A DNA stretch of 64,000 nt, from NCBI GenBank assembly GCA_963801165.1, contig CAWDDT010000005.1:544001-608000 (forward strand), written 5' to 3'. Position 1 is the stretch's first letter. Each line of letters begins with the position of its first letter. A program made the position numbers and the translations under genes. This DNA is from an uncultured bacterium (GTDB lineage: Bacteria; Actinomycetota; Acidimicrobiia; Spongiisociales; UBA5794). The notes beneath the pieces are model-generated. The model was not told the origin of the DNA and made no database searches. It was given only the letters and a program-made list of their open reading frames with translations. Shown here piece after piece: positions 1 through 9,324 of this stretch.

Positions 1-37
1 TGCGGCGTGCATCGGTACAAATGCGTAAATGTCCCCG

Positions 38-2914
38 TCAGGGTTGGGTGGAGGAGCGGTGGCTCGTGACGTGTGTGGCGAGGGCTGCTCGCGAACCGAT
101 GCCGAGCCGGGTGTAGATGTGGTCGAGGTGGCTGTGAACCGTGCGGATGCTGATGAAGAGCTCTTCTGCGATCTCGGCGTTGGACATGCCCTTGGCCACG
201 AGTTCCGCCAGTTCGAGCTGACGCGGAGTGAGATCGACCTCGGTCGGTGCCGGACTGAGGTGGACCCCGAGCTGTGCGGCGATGCGTTCGGCGCGTGCCC
301 GATAGCGCTCGGCTCCGACTCGCCGCATGGTGCCCAGCCAGTGATTCATGCGGTCGTCCGGCCGAGCATGAGCTATTTCCATCGCCTCGATTCCCGCTCG
401 CGCCTCTTCAAAGGGCATCCCGAGCTGAGAGAAGGTCGCCGCGGCCTGACCCAGTGCCTCGAGAGCCTTGCCGGTCTCGTCCTGGCCAGCGTGGATATGG
501 CCTCGTATGCGAAGCGCCATCGCGTTTGGATAGGAGGGCCCCTCACCAAGGTCGGCGAGGGCCTCCGCCTCGGTCAGCGCGACGGTGGCTTGACCCATCA
601 GGGCATGCGCCATTCCGCCGGTCACCATGTCCCATGGGGGCAGCGTGGTCCCTATCTGGAGATGCTTGTTCGAGTCGATGTGGTAGAGGGCCTCTCCCGG
701 GTTGCCTCTCTCCAGGGCGAGGATGGAGGAGGCGGTGTGGAAGAGCGCCGACACCGTGACCATGGACACGGGTTCATGGACGGTGTCCATGGCCCGCCGC
801 AGACTCTGTGACGCCTGCTCGAATTCGGCGCGATGACTGTGGAGCATGACCGCCAGCAGCGCGGCCAGCAGAGATGCGAGGGCGTGGTCCATGCCGACGG
901 CGAGGAGATCCGCTTCCTGGACCGTTTCGCGCGCTCCTTCCCAATCGCCTGAAAAGAACGCCTCACAGAAGGTTCCGACGTATACCCGCGTCTCCCAGGC
1001 CGGGACCCGAATCGTACGTAGCAGGTCTTTCGCTCGGTGGTTGGCTTCCCTCAGCCCATCCAGGTCACCGAACACTGCTGCCATGTGAGCCTTGACCATG
1101 TGATGGCGCATCTCCAACCGGGAGTCGCCGGACCTAAGCATCCGACCTTGTCCCAAGATCTCCCCGACGGCTCGATAGTCCTGTTGCTCCAGGGCCGCGG
1201 ATAGGTTGCCCGCTTCCGCCAACGCTGCGGCACGCTGGCCCTGAACCGTGGCGGCAGCTTCGACCAAGCGGCGTGCCGACGACTCGACCGCGGCCAGGTC
1301 GCCGCGACGGTGGGCATTCGACACGGCCAGATAGAGGAGGTCGAGTGCTTCCTCCGGAGGGGTGTCGTCGGGCATCGCCGCCATGGCAACTTCAATCTGA
1401 CGATCCGAGTCCTCGAAGGCGACCTCACCCAGGGCAAAAGCGAGGTCGCGTTGGATGCGATAGACCGTTTGCTTATCGTGCCGATCGACCAGTTCCAGTG
1501 CCTCTCGCCACCAGGAAAGAGCGTCTTCGATCCTGGAGTTGGCCCAGCTGCACGCTCCCAGCTTCATCAGGATCCCGGGTACCTGGGTCGGGCGGGCGGA
1601 TCTCGCGACCGAGGAGGCGGTTTGGAGGAGTTGGATCGCCTCTGTGAAGGCAGAACGAGACATTGATTGGTCGGCCGCCTCCTGCAGCACGTCCACCGCC
1701 CAACCGGGGTCGAGTCGATCGAAGGCCTTTGTGATATGGGCGGCCATAGCCAGGACGGCGTCGGGCGTCACCTCCCGGTAGGCCTCGGCGAGACGCGCAT
1801 GGAGGTCGGATCGACGAGGCTCCGAGAGGTTCTGATACACGGCCCGCTGTGCGAGCGGATGCCACAGGCGTAACGCTCCGGGAGAGTCGGGCTCCTCCAC
1901 GAGTACAGACCTGCGGATCAATTCGTCCGCATGGACCCGAGTGGCCGTTGAACAGGCGGCGAGCAGGATCTCGATCTCGATCTCGACGCCGGCAGCCGTG
2001 AGGGTGACCAACTCCGCCTCCTCGGCATCGAGCGCGTCGAGCTGACTTGTGATCGCATCTTCAGCCACACCTGAGAGGATCTTCTCGAGGTCAAATTCCG
2101 AGGCGCCGCGCCCGGTTTCTGCGATGGCGTTGCTCTCCACCGCGGCCCGAACCAGGGCAGTAACGAAGAGCGGCACTCCGCCGGCCGTGGCTACGAGAGA
2201 CCGGACTGCCGCCGGTGCGGGCGACTTCCCGAGGCGGGACTCGACCAGCGTCTCGACCTCTTTGGCATCTAGGGGCCCGAGCTCGATTTCCACGAGCAGA
2301 TCGGATCTTCTCAAGCTTGATATCAGCGCTGGCAAAGCGTGCTCGGATCCTTCGGCAGGGTTCCAGGTGGCGAGGACCGCCACGGGGAGGCCGGGCAGTT
2401 CTCGACTGAGATACGCGATCAACTCGATCGAGGCGTGGTCCAACCACTGAAGGTCGTCGAGCAGCATCGCCGCGGGGGCATGTCGAGACAGGCGGTCGAC
2501 AAGACGAACCACCGCCTCGAACAGCCATGTCCGCTCGATCGACGCATCGAACCCGAAATCCCTTGCCGCCACGTCGAGTTCCTGAAACAGACGAGCCAGA
2601 GCAGGTAGGTCGGCCGTGAGCCCGAAGCGATCAGCGGCGCTCATCCCGCGCAAACGGGCGCCGAGTGCTTGGATGATCGGAGCGTAAGCAACGGTGGTGG
2701 TCAGCGGGTTCGCTCTGCCGACCATCGTCGTGAAACCACGCGACACAGCCCAGTCGAGGGCCTCTGAGGCAAGTCGAGTCTTCCCGATGCCGCTCTGGCC
2801 AGTGATCAAGATCACGCGCCCGGCAGCGTCGGCCACATCATCGAGGGTCCGGGAGATTCGCTCGCACTCAGGTCGGCGGCCAATCAAGCTCGATTGTTTC
2901 TTCCATTCTGACAT
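38..2914 (-). CDS. Large ATP-binding LuxR-family (LAL/MalT-like) transcriptional regulator
   Basis: N-terminal LIGR and Walker A GQSGIGKT, Walker B LLDDLQWLD, helical TPR-like middle, C-terminal LuxR HTH (LTPRQLELAELVAKGMSNAEIAEELFISIRTVHSHL). ORF track starts at 2962; ATG 2914 has a GAGGA SD. Confidence 0.92.
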   Translation of the reverse strand: MSEWKKQSSLIGRRPECERISRTLDDVADAAGRVILITGQSGIGKTRLASEALDWAVSRGFTTMVGRANPLTTTVAYAPIIQALGARLRGMSAADRFGLTADLPALARLFQELDVAARDFGFDASIERTWLFEAVVRLVDRLSRHAPAAMLLDDLQWLDHASIELIAYLSRELPGLPVAVLATWNPAEGSEHALPALISSLRRSDLLVEIELGPLDAKEVETLVESRLGKSPAPAAVRSLVATAGGVPLFVTALVRAAVESNAIAETGRGASEFDLEKILSGVAEDAITSQLDALDAEEAELVTLTAAGVEIEIEILLAACSTATRVHADELIRRSVLVEEPDSPGALRLWHPLAQRAVYQNLSEPRRSDLHARLAEAYREVTPDAVLAMAAHITKAFDRLDPGWAVDVLQEAADQSMSRSAFTEAIQLLQTASSVARSARPTQVPGILMKLGACSWANSRIEDALSWWREALELVDRHDKQTVYRIQRDLAFALGEVAFEDSDRQIEVAMAAMPDDTPPEEALDLLYLAVSNAHRRGDLAAVESSARRLVEAAATVQGQRAAALAEAGNLSAALEQQDYRAVGEILGQGRMLRSGDSRLEMRHHMVKAHMAAVFGDLDGLREANHRAKDLLRTIRVPAWETRVYVGTFCEAFFSGDWEGARETVQEADLLAVGMDHALASLLAALLAVMLHSHRAEFEQASQSLRRAMDTVHEPVSMVTVSALFHTASSILALERGNPGEALYHIDSNKHLQIGTTLPPWDMVTGGMAHALMGQATVALTEAEALADLGEGPSYPNAMALRIRGHIHAGQDETGKALEALGQAAATFSQLGMPFEEARAGIEAMEIAHARPDDRMNHWLGTMRRVGAERYRARAERIAAQLGVHLSPAPTEVDLTPRQLELAELVAKGMSNAEIAEELFISIRTVHSHLDHIYTRLGIGSRAALATHVTSHRSSTQP

Positions 2915-3012
2915 CGACGGTCCTCGACTGATGGCCACAGAGTATGGCGAAAAATCGGCCATGCCGACGAGCTGCCTGGCGTGCAGACTCGATGGTGCCA
3001 GGTTCGACCGCG

Positions 3013-3123
3013 CGTGCCGAGTACCCGAACCATGTGCTGGGTCTCGACTTCCAATTCGACGAAACCGCCGACCTGAGTCGTCTCAAGCTGTCGAATATCG
3101 TCGACGAAGTGTTCAGCAGGTGC
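3013..3123 (+). pseudogene. IS3-family transposase fragment (start of integrase core)
   Basis: Translates RAEYPNHVLGLDFQFDETADLSRLKLSNIVDEVFSRC, resembling the IS3 rve start (PNHVW.LDFQFD.T.DGR.LK.LNIVDE..R.C). No start codon or remainder. Confidence 0.75.
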
Positions 3124-3132
3124 CCCACATTC

Positions 3133-3176
3133 GCTCACAACCCGAAGGTCGAGGGTTCAAATCCCGCCCCTGCTAC
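3133..3176 (+). other. 3' half of a tRNA-Met(fMet)-like gene (att-site scar)
   Basis: GCTCACAACCCGAAGGTCGAGGGTTCAAATCCCGCCCCTGCTAC resembles the anticodon loop (CAT>CAC), T-arm and acceptor 3' strand of initiator tRNA. The 5' half is absent. Confidence 0.7.
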
Positions 3177-3180
3177 GAAC

Positions 3181-3213
3181 GAAGAACCCGTGTATTGCAA
3201 GGGTTCTTCTCTT
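3181..3213 (+). terminator. Hairpin downstream of tRNA fragment
   Basis: GAAGAACCC (3181-3189) / GGGTTCTTC (3201-3209) followed by TCTT. Confidence 0.55.
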
Positions 3214-3511
3214 GTCGGGACTTGTCGCTTTATCCGGCTTCGGTGGTCTCTATCGCGCGTCCGGCTGCCGAGACTTGACAGCGTCGTGCGGGGAGAGTCG
3301 TCCGAGGTGGCCTTCTGGGGGCATCAGGCCCTGTCAGAGGCCGCGTCAGGGATGGCGTGAGTCCGATGATGGCAGGCTGGGCCACACGCGTCTCAGTGTT
3401 GTAGGCCCCATTGACGGCATGCCTCGAGCATCCTTATGGTGTGGTCGGACAAGGCAGCGTCTGTTTGGGCGCACGACTGCGGGACGTACCGAGTATGACA
3501 GGAGGCGGACC

Positions 3512-4153
3512 GTGGGGCTTCGAGGCATTTCACGGATGGGGCTTACCGTCGGGCTGTTCATCGCCGTGGCGGGATGCAGCTCCGCCGGTGGCGATGAGCA
3601 AGCAACCACGACGACCAGCGACCCCGCGGCTTCCAATACGACAGCGGTCGGAGTCACCGATACAACCGGCCTTGAACCCACGACTTCTGGCGGGGACGAA
3701 CCAGCCTCCGTCGGTTCTTCAGACCTGCCGGAAATGAGTGGTGGAAGCGCAGCGTTCACGCTTGCAGGTGAACCTGAGGACTTCGATTGGTTCGTCTGCT
3801 TCTACGGAGACGCTGCCGTGGAGATGTTTGGCGATGAAGACGTCACCTTTGTTGGCATAGGTCGGCGAGGAGGGTCCTTCCCGTCCATGGATGGCGTCGA
3901 GGCACAGATTGTCGCATCCCGCTCAGAGTCGGCTCTCGGCACCAACTACACGATCCTCTACACACGCGTCGGAAACGACGGCGCCCAGACCAATTGGCAG
4001 GATGTCGGTTCTGACGCTGTACAACTCCAGGGGGATCGGGTCACCTTTCAAGGGGAGCTGAGCCGCATCATTGACAACCAGCCGAGTGACGAGTTCGACA
4101 CCGGGGCGCTGGATGCCACGTGTAGCCCCAACAGCATCGGCTCGGGTGAGTAG
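3512..4153 (+). CDS. Lipoprotein with Thr/Ser-rich linker, unknown function
   Basis: GGAGG SD then GTG 3512; hydrophobic stretch and lipobox VAGC; TTTTS linker followed by a globular domain. Confidence 0.8.
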   Translation: MGLRGISRMGLTVGLFIAVAGCSSAGGDEQATTTTSDPAASNTTAVGVTDTTGLEPTTSGGDEPASVGSSDLPEMSGGSAAFTLAGEPEDFDWFVCFYGDAAVEMFGDEDVTFVGIGRRGGSFPSMDGVEAQIVASRSESALGTNYTILYTRVGNDGAQTNWQDVGSDAVQLQGDRVTFQGELSRIIDNQPSDEFDTGALDATCSPNSIGSGE

Positions 4154-4203
4154 CGCTCGTCGAGCAGAAGAGGTCTTCATCTCTTCCAGGCAGCAAGGAC
4201 TGT

Positions 4204-4300
4204 CACGGTGGTGGGTCGAGGTCGATCGCCTGCCGAGCGTTGGTGGTCTTGCCGCGCGACTTGTGGAGCTCGTATCCGATGGAGACGCGCCCGGTTGACC
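4204..4300 (-). pseudogene. Tyrosine integrase fragment (central part)
   Basis: Minus strand reads VNR/(frameshift)/VSIGYELHKSRGKTTNARQAIDLDP, like the 'GKT..SRR.I.LD' segment of actinobacterial integrases. Confidence 0.5.
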
Positions 4301-4497
4301 TTCTGACGTCTTGAACTCGGTAGGACTGATAGGGCTCCATATCGGTATCCGTCCGCTGCGCGGCTCAGACCTCGAACAGGGTCTGTCCGATGTAGCTGCC
4401 GTCTGGGAGTCCTACATCTTCCAGGGGGTTCTTCACACCTGGAGGCTAAGACGGGGCGTTTGGTGTGCATTTGGTCCGCGGGAGAAGCGGCTTTCTG

Positions 4498-4635
4498 TCA
4501 ACCGGAGTGATGCGCGTCACTGGCGAACGCGACATCAAGGGCGTCCGAGACCTTGGATCTGTCTTCGGGGTAGAGATGCCCATACCGGTCCATCGTGAGG
4601 ACGATCGAGCTGTGACCGAGGTGCTCCTGCACTAC
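4498..4635 (-). pseudogene. Tyrosine integrase C-terminal remnant
   Basis: Minus strand reads VVQEHLGHSSIVLTMDRYGHLYPEDRSKVSDALD (box II LGH and catalytic Tyr), preceded by an in-frame stop. Confidence 0.8.
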
Positions 4636-4837
4636 CTATGGACGGCAACCCCCGGGCGATACATCCATGGTGTCACTCGCTCACGTGGAGTCCCTCGTCG
4701 CCGGCGCATCGGCGCGCGTTACAGCGGTAGGTCCCCGAGAGCGATGCGCTCATTTACGCGACGGTCCGTCGCACCGCACAACGTCGGTCACTGCGAGGAT
4801 GGCAGACCCCCCCCGTAGACACGAGGAAATTCAATTT

Positions 4838-4885
4838 GTGGGCCCAGCTGGATTTGAACCAGCGGCCTCATCCTTATCAGGGATG
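4838..4885 (-). repeat. att site: duplicate of tRNA-Ile 3' 48 bp
   Basis: GTGGGCCCAGCTGGATTTGAACCAGCGGCCTCATCCTTATCAGGGATG vs 18720-18767 with one G/A difference. Confidence 0.93.
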
Positions 4886-4990
4886 ATCAAAGAGATCTGG
4901 CGACATTGGCGATGCGGCGATATCTCCTGTGTCACAGCGGATAACGTACCTCATTGGTTCGCATCATTTCTGGACGTTTCTCGTTCTCCC

Positions 4991-5010
4991 GTGGACGCGA
5001 TGTGGACGCG
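4991..5010 (+). promoter_or_regulatory. Putative integrase arm-type sites
   Basis: GTGGACGCG twice at 11-bp period; the same pair occurs at 18630-18648 at the other end of the element. Confidence 0.65.
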
Positions 5011-5331
5011 GGCAAGCTTGATCGCGCGAGGTGCGCCTCGAGACCCCTGTTCTTACGCCGTTCTTGGAGGTCTTGCCTGCCGGGACAAATCGGCGGAGAG
5101 CCTGGTTTTCCGGGCGATTCTGCCTCTCATCGTCTTTTGTCATTTCTCATGTTTGCGCCCGTTGCGGTCCAGGTGCGACCCAACTCGGGCGCGGAGGTAT
5201 TCGGCGGTGGCAGACATGTTGTACACGCCAATGGCACCGTGATCCCGGTACCGGGTGCCCTGGGGTTGGTGGGCTATCGCTGCCCTCCGGCTCCAAAGGA
5301 TGATGAGCAGCACACGCGTCGGCCGACCGTC

Positions 5332-6036
5332 TCATGGGCACTCGATCGCAGAGTTGACAGTCACCACATCTGCGATCAGAGGCTCTGGGTCGTCTACGAT
5401 CGCTACCTCCCATACGTCGTAGAGACTGCAGAGACCCTTTATGGTTGCGGCGTAGACTTCTCCGTCCTCCGTGGTGGCATGCCGCACTAGCACGGTGCTT
5501 CCATCGGTCCCTGTGCGTTCACCGATATCCTGCGCTTCTGCGCCGTCGCCGAACGCGAGAGCGATCGCTAGTTGCTCGTCACCGACGAAGGTAGCGAGCA
5601 GGGTGTAGATAGCGTCCTCCCTCACATATGTCAGCGCCGAGTACGGTGCCCCGTGGGGTTCGTCCCAACCGGGGTCCACCACTCCGAGGGCTTGCAGCGC
5701 AGTCTCGAGCACGCCGTCCAGCTCTGATCGGTCACGGGGCACCGTCGTAGCCGTCGAATCCCTTTCCATAGCAGTGGTTGTCGTTGTGCTCTCGTGGCCT
5801 CCGGTTGTCGTAATCAGATGTACGCCGGTGGTGGAAGTTGCCTGCGTGGTCTTGCTCGCATCCGCCGGGTCGCTATCAGATGAAGTCGGTGAGGTCTCCC
5901 CCGAACATGCCGCCAGGGCAATGATCATCGCGAGGATGATCAAGTAGCTAGGTCGGCGGAATGCTGAGGGCCTACAACGGCCGACGGGTATTGAGCGGCT
6001 CGACCGGTCCGGCGGTGTCTGGGTGATCGTCGTCAT
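5332..6036 (-). CDS. Lipoprotein, unknown function
   Basis: Lipobox LAAC after hydrophobic stretch, Thr-rich linker, AAGGA SD. Confidence 0.78.
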   Translation of the reverse strand: MTTITQTPPDRSSRSIPVGRCRPSAFRRPSYLIILAMIIALAACSGETSPTSSDSDPADASKTTQATSTTGVHLITTTGGHESTTTTTAMERDSTATTVPRDRSELDGVLETALQALGVVDPGWDEPHGAPYSALTYVREDAIYTLLATFVGDEQLAIALAFGDGAEAQDIGERTGTDGSTVLVRHATTEDGEVYAATIKGLCSLYDVWEVAIVDDPEPLIADVVTVNSAIECP

Positions 6037-6114
6037 TGTCCTTCTACTCCAGGGCGGTTGTGCGTCGCGTAGCGGACGAGCGGTCAGCTGAGTGCCAGTC
6101 CGCCACGCTCACTG

Positions 6115-6984
6115 CTACCAGAGGTCGCGACGGAATTGAGCCAATTCGTCCTCGTGCTCGGCGAGGAATGAGTAGTCGAATTCGAATATCGCTTTCTCGA
6201 AGACGGGACGCAGGTCAGAGTCGCACGAGGCATTCGCCTCGTACATCGCTCGCTCAAGCTCGAGCAGCTCTGCGTAGGCCTTGTGACTCAAGCCGAGAGT
6301 CTCGTCAATCTCCGCGTCGATTGCCTGATCCAACTGTCCAAGCATGTCCCCCAAGGATGACACGTCGAATCCGTTTGAAGACATGCAGTCTGCCCATTCG
6401 TGAATTGCTCTTGAAACCCTCGGGTCCGACTCGAGCGTCGAGGCACGCGCGGCCATGTATTCGATCCTGAGTGGAGCTATCGCCACGGCAAGGCCGGGCG
6501 TCATCCTGTACGCCGCTCCAGTGCAGCTGGCCGCGAAGTCCTCAGCCGATTGGCTCGGATTCTGCCAATCGCGGCCATAGAGGGCTTCGTAGTATCGAGA
6601 GCGTTCACCCGAATCGAGGGATTCGGCATACACGATGTTGGGGTCATCGCGCACCACTAGCCCGGTCTCATTTAGCTTGTCCCTGCTGAAGGATGTGACG
6701 AAGCCGAAGTACTCCTCCGGCTCATCACTGCCTGGCTCGAAGACATTGAAATCTGGAGCCAGCGGCACAAACGGCATACCCACGCCGTTCATACACTTCT
6801 GGATCGAGTCCTGGCGTGCTGTCTCCTCAGCGTCGAAGATGCTTCTCTCGATGTCCGGGTTGTGCCCCAGACCCACGTATTCCGCGAGGGGAGAGGTAGG
6901 CACGGTCTGGGCTCGGGCCGCCGTGCCAGCAACGACTCCAACGAAGGCGACTGCGGCCACAGCTACCAGCTTGGCTGTCTTCAT
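6115..6984 (-). CDS. Secreted protein with paired Cys (CM) motifs
   Basis: AAAGGAG SD, signal peptide MKTAKLVAVAAVAFVGVVAGTAARA; motifs QKCMNGVG, SCTG, WADCMSSNG, ASCD. Confidence 0.8.
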   Translation of the reverse strand: MKTAKLVAVAAVAFVGVVAGTAARAQTVPTSPLAEYVGLGHNPDIERSIFDAEETARQDSIQKCMNGVGMPFVPLAPDFNVFEPGSDEPEEYFGFVTSFSRDKLNETGLVVRDDPNIVYAESLDSGERSRYYEALYGRDWQNPSQSAEDFAASCTGAAYRMTPGLAVAIAPLRIEYMAARASTLESDPRVSRAIHEWADCMSSNGFDVSSLGDMLGQLDQAIDAEIDETLGLSHKAYAELLELERAMYEANASCDSDLRPVFEKAIFEFDYSFLAEHEDELAQFRRDLW

Positions 6985-7010
6985 TACTTGTGCTCCTTTC
7001 ATCGACGGCA

Positions 7011-7748
7011 CTAATAGATCAGGTTTCGCGGATAGCCGAGATATGTGTCCACTCCGTAGCCGATCCGCCACTGCCATGTCCGATTGCGTAGCCAGCTGAC
7101 TCCCAAGCTGTATGAGTGGTAGTCGGCTTCGACGTAAGCTGCCTTCGCGACGGTTTGTGTTAGCTCACCCAGGGAGTCGTACTGTGAGCAATCAGGCGTG
7201 TAGCAAATCTTGTCGCCAGTGCCTGGGCTCGAGGTCTTGAGCGCATCACGAAGGTCCTCGGCGAAGGCTACCTGGCTGGTGTATTGGTAGATTATGTGTG
7301 TTCCACCGTACGACGCAGAGGCCCCGCAGTCCTTTGTCTTGGCGTTGGAGTGAATCGGGATGTGGATGTCAGCACCCCAGGAGTTCGAGTCACTGATCTT
7401 CGTGCTGGCGCTCACTCCCCAGCGCACTTTGACGTAATAATGCCGGTCTAGTAGATCCGTGCCGTAGCCGGAAGCTGCCTCCACGGCTATGTCTGGGGCG
7501 CCTTCCGATACGCTGTCCTCAACGTAGCCGTCGCAGCCCACGTTTGCACCGCCGTGATAGGCCGGAGACAGATAGACCTTGTACTGGTTCCAGCCATTCG
7601 TCGGCCAATAGTAAGCACTGCCCGCCGAGGCCGGCTGGGCAGCGACAAGATTGCCCACGGCAAACGACGCACCAAAAGCAACCAGCATCAGAATTGCCAA
7701 GCGGACAGCCTTTCGGCGCAGCTTTGCTTTATCTGCGGCATTCATCAT
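7011..7748 (-). CDS. Secreted N-acetylmuramoyl-L-alanine amidase (Amidase_3-like)
   Basis: Signal peptide ending ASA; VYLSPAYHGG...E, SNSWGADIHIPIHSNA and AYVEADYH supply Zn ligands and the catalytic Glu. Confidence 0.82.
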   Translation of the reverse strand: MMNAADKAKLRRKAVRLAILMLVAFGASFAVGNLVAAQPASAGSAYYWPTNGWNQYKVYLSPAYHGGANVGCDGYVEDSVSEGAPDIAVEAASGYGTDLLDRHYYVKVRWGVSASTKISDSNSWGADIHIPIHSNAKTKDCGASASYGGTHIIYQYTSQVAFAEDLRDALKTSSPGTGDKICYTPDCSQYDSLGELTQTVAKAAYVEADYHSYSLGVSWLRNRTWQWRIGYGVDTYLGYPRNLIY

Positions 7749-7851
7749 GACCTCACTCGAATCTCGTTTGTCTCGAACACCGTTCGTCTCCCCTTTCCTT
7801 GAAGGTCTCGCAGATCAGGAACTCTCTTGCCTGCACCTCTCTGTCGTAATA

Positions 7852-7879
7852 CTTGGTCATGACCGCCCGATGGGTTCAG
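7852..7879 (-). promoter_or_regulatory. Putative ECF promoter motif A (variant) for the amidase operon
   Basis: Minus strand CTGAACC-N16-CCAAG, one mismatch in each half relative to the copies at 8083, 9269 and 14067. Confidence 0.5.
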
Positions 7880-8082
7880 GTCGAAGTGCCCGAATCCAAC
7901 GGCTGCGAGGCCACACGGAGGAGCTCGTTCAGGTCTACGCCCAAACGAGGGCGGGCCCAGCGCTACGGAGGATGGCCGTAGCGGCGCCGGACCCACCCCC
8001 ACATAGATGTTGATCTCAGCCTGTCTGGTGGTTCACCGACCGGAGTAGGCCTGGAGCCAGCCGAGTGATTGCAGCGATGACC

Positions 8083-8110
8083 GTGAACCGAATTGCGCCT
8101 GGAGTCAAAG
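8083..8110 (+). promoter_or_regulatory. Putative ECF promoter motif A
   Basis: GTGAACC-N16-CAAAG about 33 bp upstream of 8143; same spacing as the other copies. Confidence 0.65.
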
Positions 8111-8142
8111 TGCAGTGAGTCAGTCCAGATATTGATCGGAGG

Positions 8143-8679
8143 ATGGCCGTGACTGATTTCATTGTGCAGGCGCTCGCCGCGGCGGTAATCGCTGGGTCGC
8201 TTGGGCCTGCTACCCCAGCTGTCGTAGAGCAGCACTGCGTTGTCGAGGTTGTTGGTCAGGCAGAGGATGGGGAGTTGATCATGTCTGATCCGGTGTGCTT
8301 CGCCGGGTTCGCCGAGGCGATGAGCTACGCCTCTAGCGGTGAACTGGCGTTGCCGGACCAGATCGAGGGCTCTGCTGTGCTTGTGGACGCTGCGGTGGCT
8401 GCGGCGGTGTCGTCGTTCTCGATCGGCATCCACTACTCGGATTACAACGGTGGTGGAAGCTCCATGACCATCTCAGGGTCGGCGTGCACGGGTGGCTATT
8501 GGAATGCCACTGGCTGGTGGGCGAATCGGATCAAGTCGTCATACAACGGCTGTCCGAGGCTGCGCCACTACGACAGCCCGAACCTCGGCGGAGCTTCACA
8601 GACGACGTACACCGCGGGTCAGATCGACAATCTCTCGGCGTTGGCCGGGAAGGTCGAGTCTGTCCAGTATCTGCCGTGA
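8143..8679 (+). CDS. Secreted protein with N-terminal Cys pair and beta/gamma-crystallin-like (peptidase inhibitor I36-like) domain
   Basis: Hydrophobic leader; HCVV...PVCF; HYSDYNGGGS, WWANRIKSS, HYDSPNLGG, KVESVQY Greek-key-like motifs. GTG 8149 is an alternative start after GGAGG. Confidence 0.72.
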   Translation: MAVTDFIVQALAAAVIAGSLGPATPAVVEQHCVVEVVGQAEDGELIMSDPVCFAGFAEAMSYASSGELALPDQIEGSAVLVDAAVAAAVSSFSIGIHYSDYNGGGSSMTISGSACTGGYWNATGWWANRIKSSYNGCPRLRHYDSPNLGGASQTTYTAGQIDNLSALAGKVESVQYLP

Positions 8680-8682
8680 GTC

Positions 8683-9324
8683 TTGGTGGTGAACTCCTGT
8701 CGAGCGCCGTCCCACGGCGCTCGACATCGGGGTCGGCTGTATTCTCAGGCTGACTTGATTCCAGATTCTGATGTGATCGCTGCCTCGTTGGATGTTCCGG
8801 ATCGTTTCGGTGAGATCTTTGACCGGTACGGTCGACGTGTCTTCGGATATGTCGCTAAACGGATCCCCCGCGAGGATGTGGCCGATGTCACTGGTGATGT
8901 GTTCTTGCGCGCCTTTCGGATCCGACACCGGTACGACCTTGGTCGACCCGATGCTCTGCCGTGGCTGCTTGGTATTGCTACCAACGTGATCGGCGAGTAT
9001 CTCAAGAAGCGCAAGCGGAGAGCCAGAATTGGCCTACGTCCCGATGCTGCGACCGACCTGCCCGTCGAGGAGCTTGCGACCGAGCGGGCAGACGCGGCTC
9101 AGTCCAAGCCCCTCTTGGACCAGGCACTCGCTTCGCTCCATCCTCGTGACAGGTCTGTATTGATTCTCTACGCCGTCGAGGATCTGTCGTATCGGGAGAT
9201 CAGCGACGCTCTTGCCGTCCCGGTCGGGACCGTCAAATCGCGCCTGAACCGGGCACGAGCCGCCGCAAGTGAACGCATTAGTAGTTCGCGCCAAAGACCT
9301 TACGATGGACGCAGAAATGAATAG
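8683..9324 (+). CDS. ECF-family RNA polymerase sigma factor
   Basis: Region 2 FDRYGRRVFGY...DVTGDVFLRAF...PWLLGIATN; region 4 LSYREISDALAVPVGTVKSRLNRAR. Confidence 0.93.
   Translation: MVVNSCRAPSHGARHRGRLYSQADLIPDSDVIAASLDVPDRFGEIFDRYGRRVFGYVAKRIPREDVADVTGDVFLRAFRIRHRYDLGRPDALPWLLGIATNVIGEYLKKRKRRARIGLRPDAATDLPVEELATERADAAQSKPLLDQALASLHPRDRSVLILYAVEDLSYREISDALAVPVGTVKSRLNRARAAASERISSSRQRPYDGRRNE
9269..9296 (+). promoter_or_regulatory. Putative ECF promoter motif A inside the sigma gene, upstream of the anti-sigma gene
   Basis: GTGAACG-N16-CAAAG ending 8 nt before ATG 9305. Confidence 0.6.

Noticed and set aside
3133-3176. Functional tRNA-Val(CAC) or tRNA-Met
   Set aside because: 5' half is missing and replaced by an IS3 fragment.
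4838-4885. Second tRNA-Ile gene
   Set aside because: Only the 3' 48 bp are present, with no D-arm or 5' acceptor strand; it is an att duplicate.
7042-7070. GGACACAT on the minus strand upstream of the 6984 gene as a motif B promoter
   Set aside because: Lacks CGAC at the 13-nt spacing, has T instead of C before GGACACA, and lies in amidase coding sequence.
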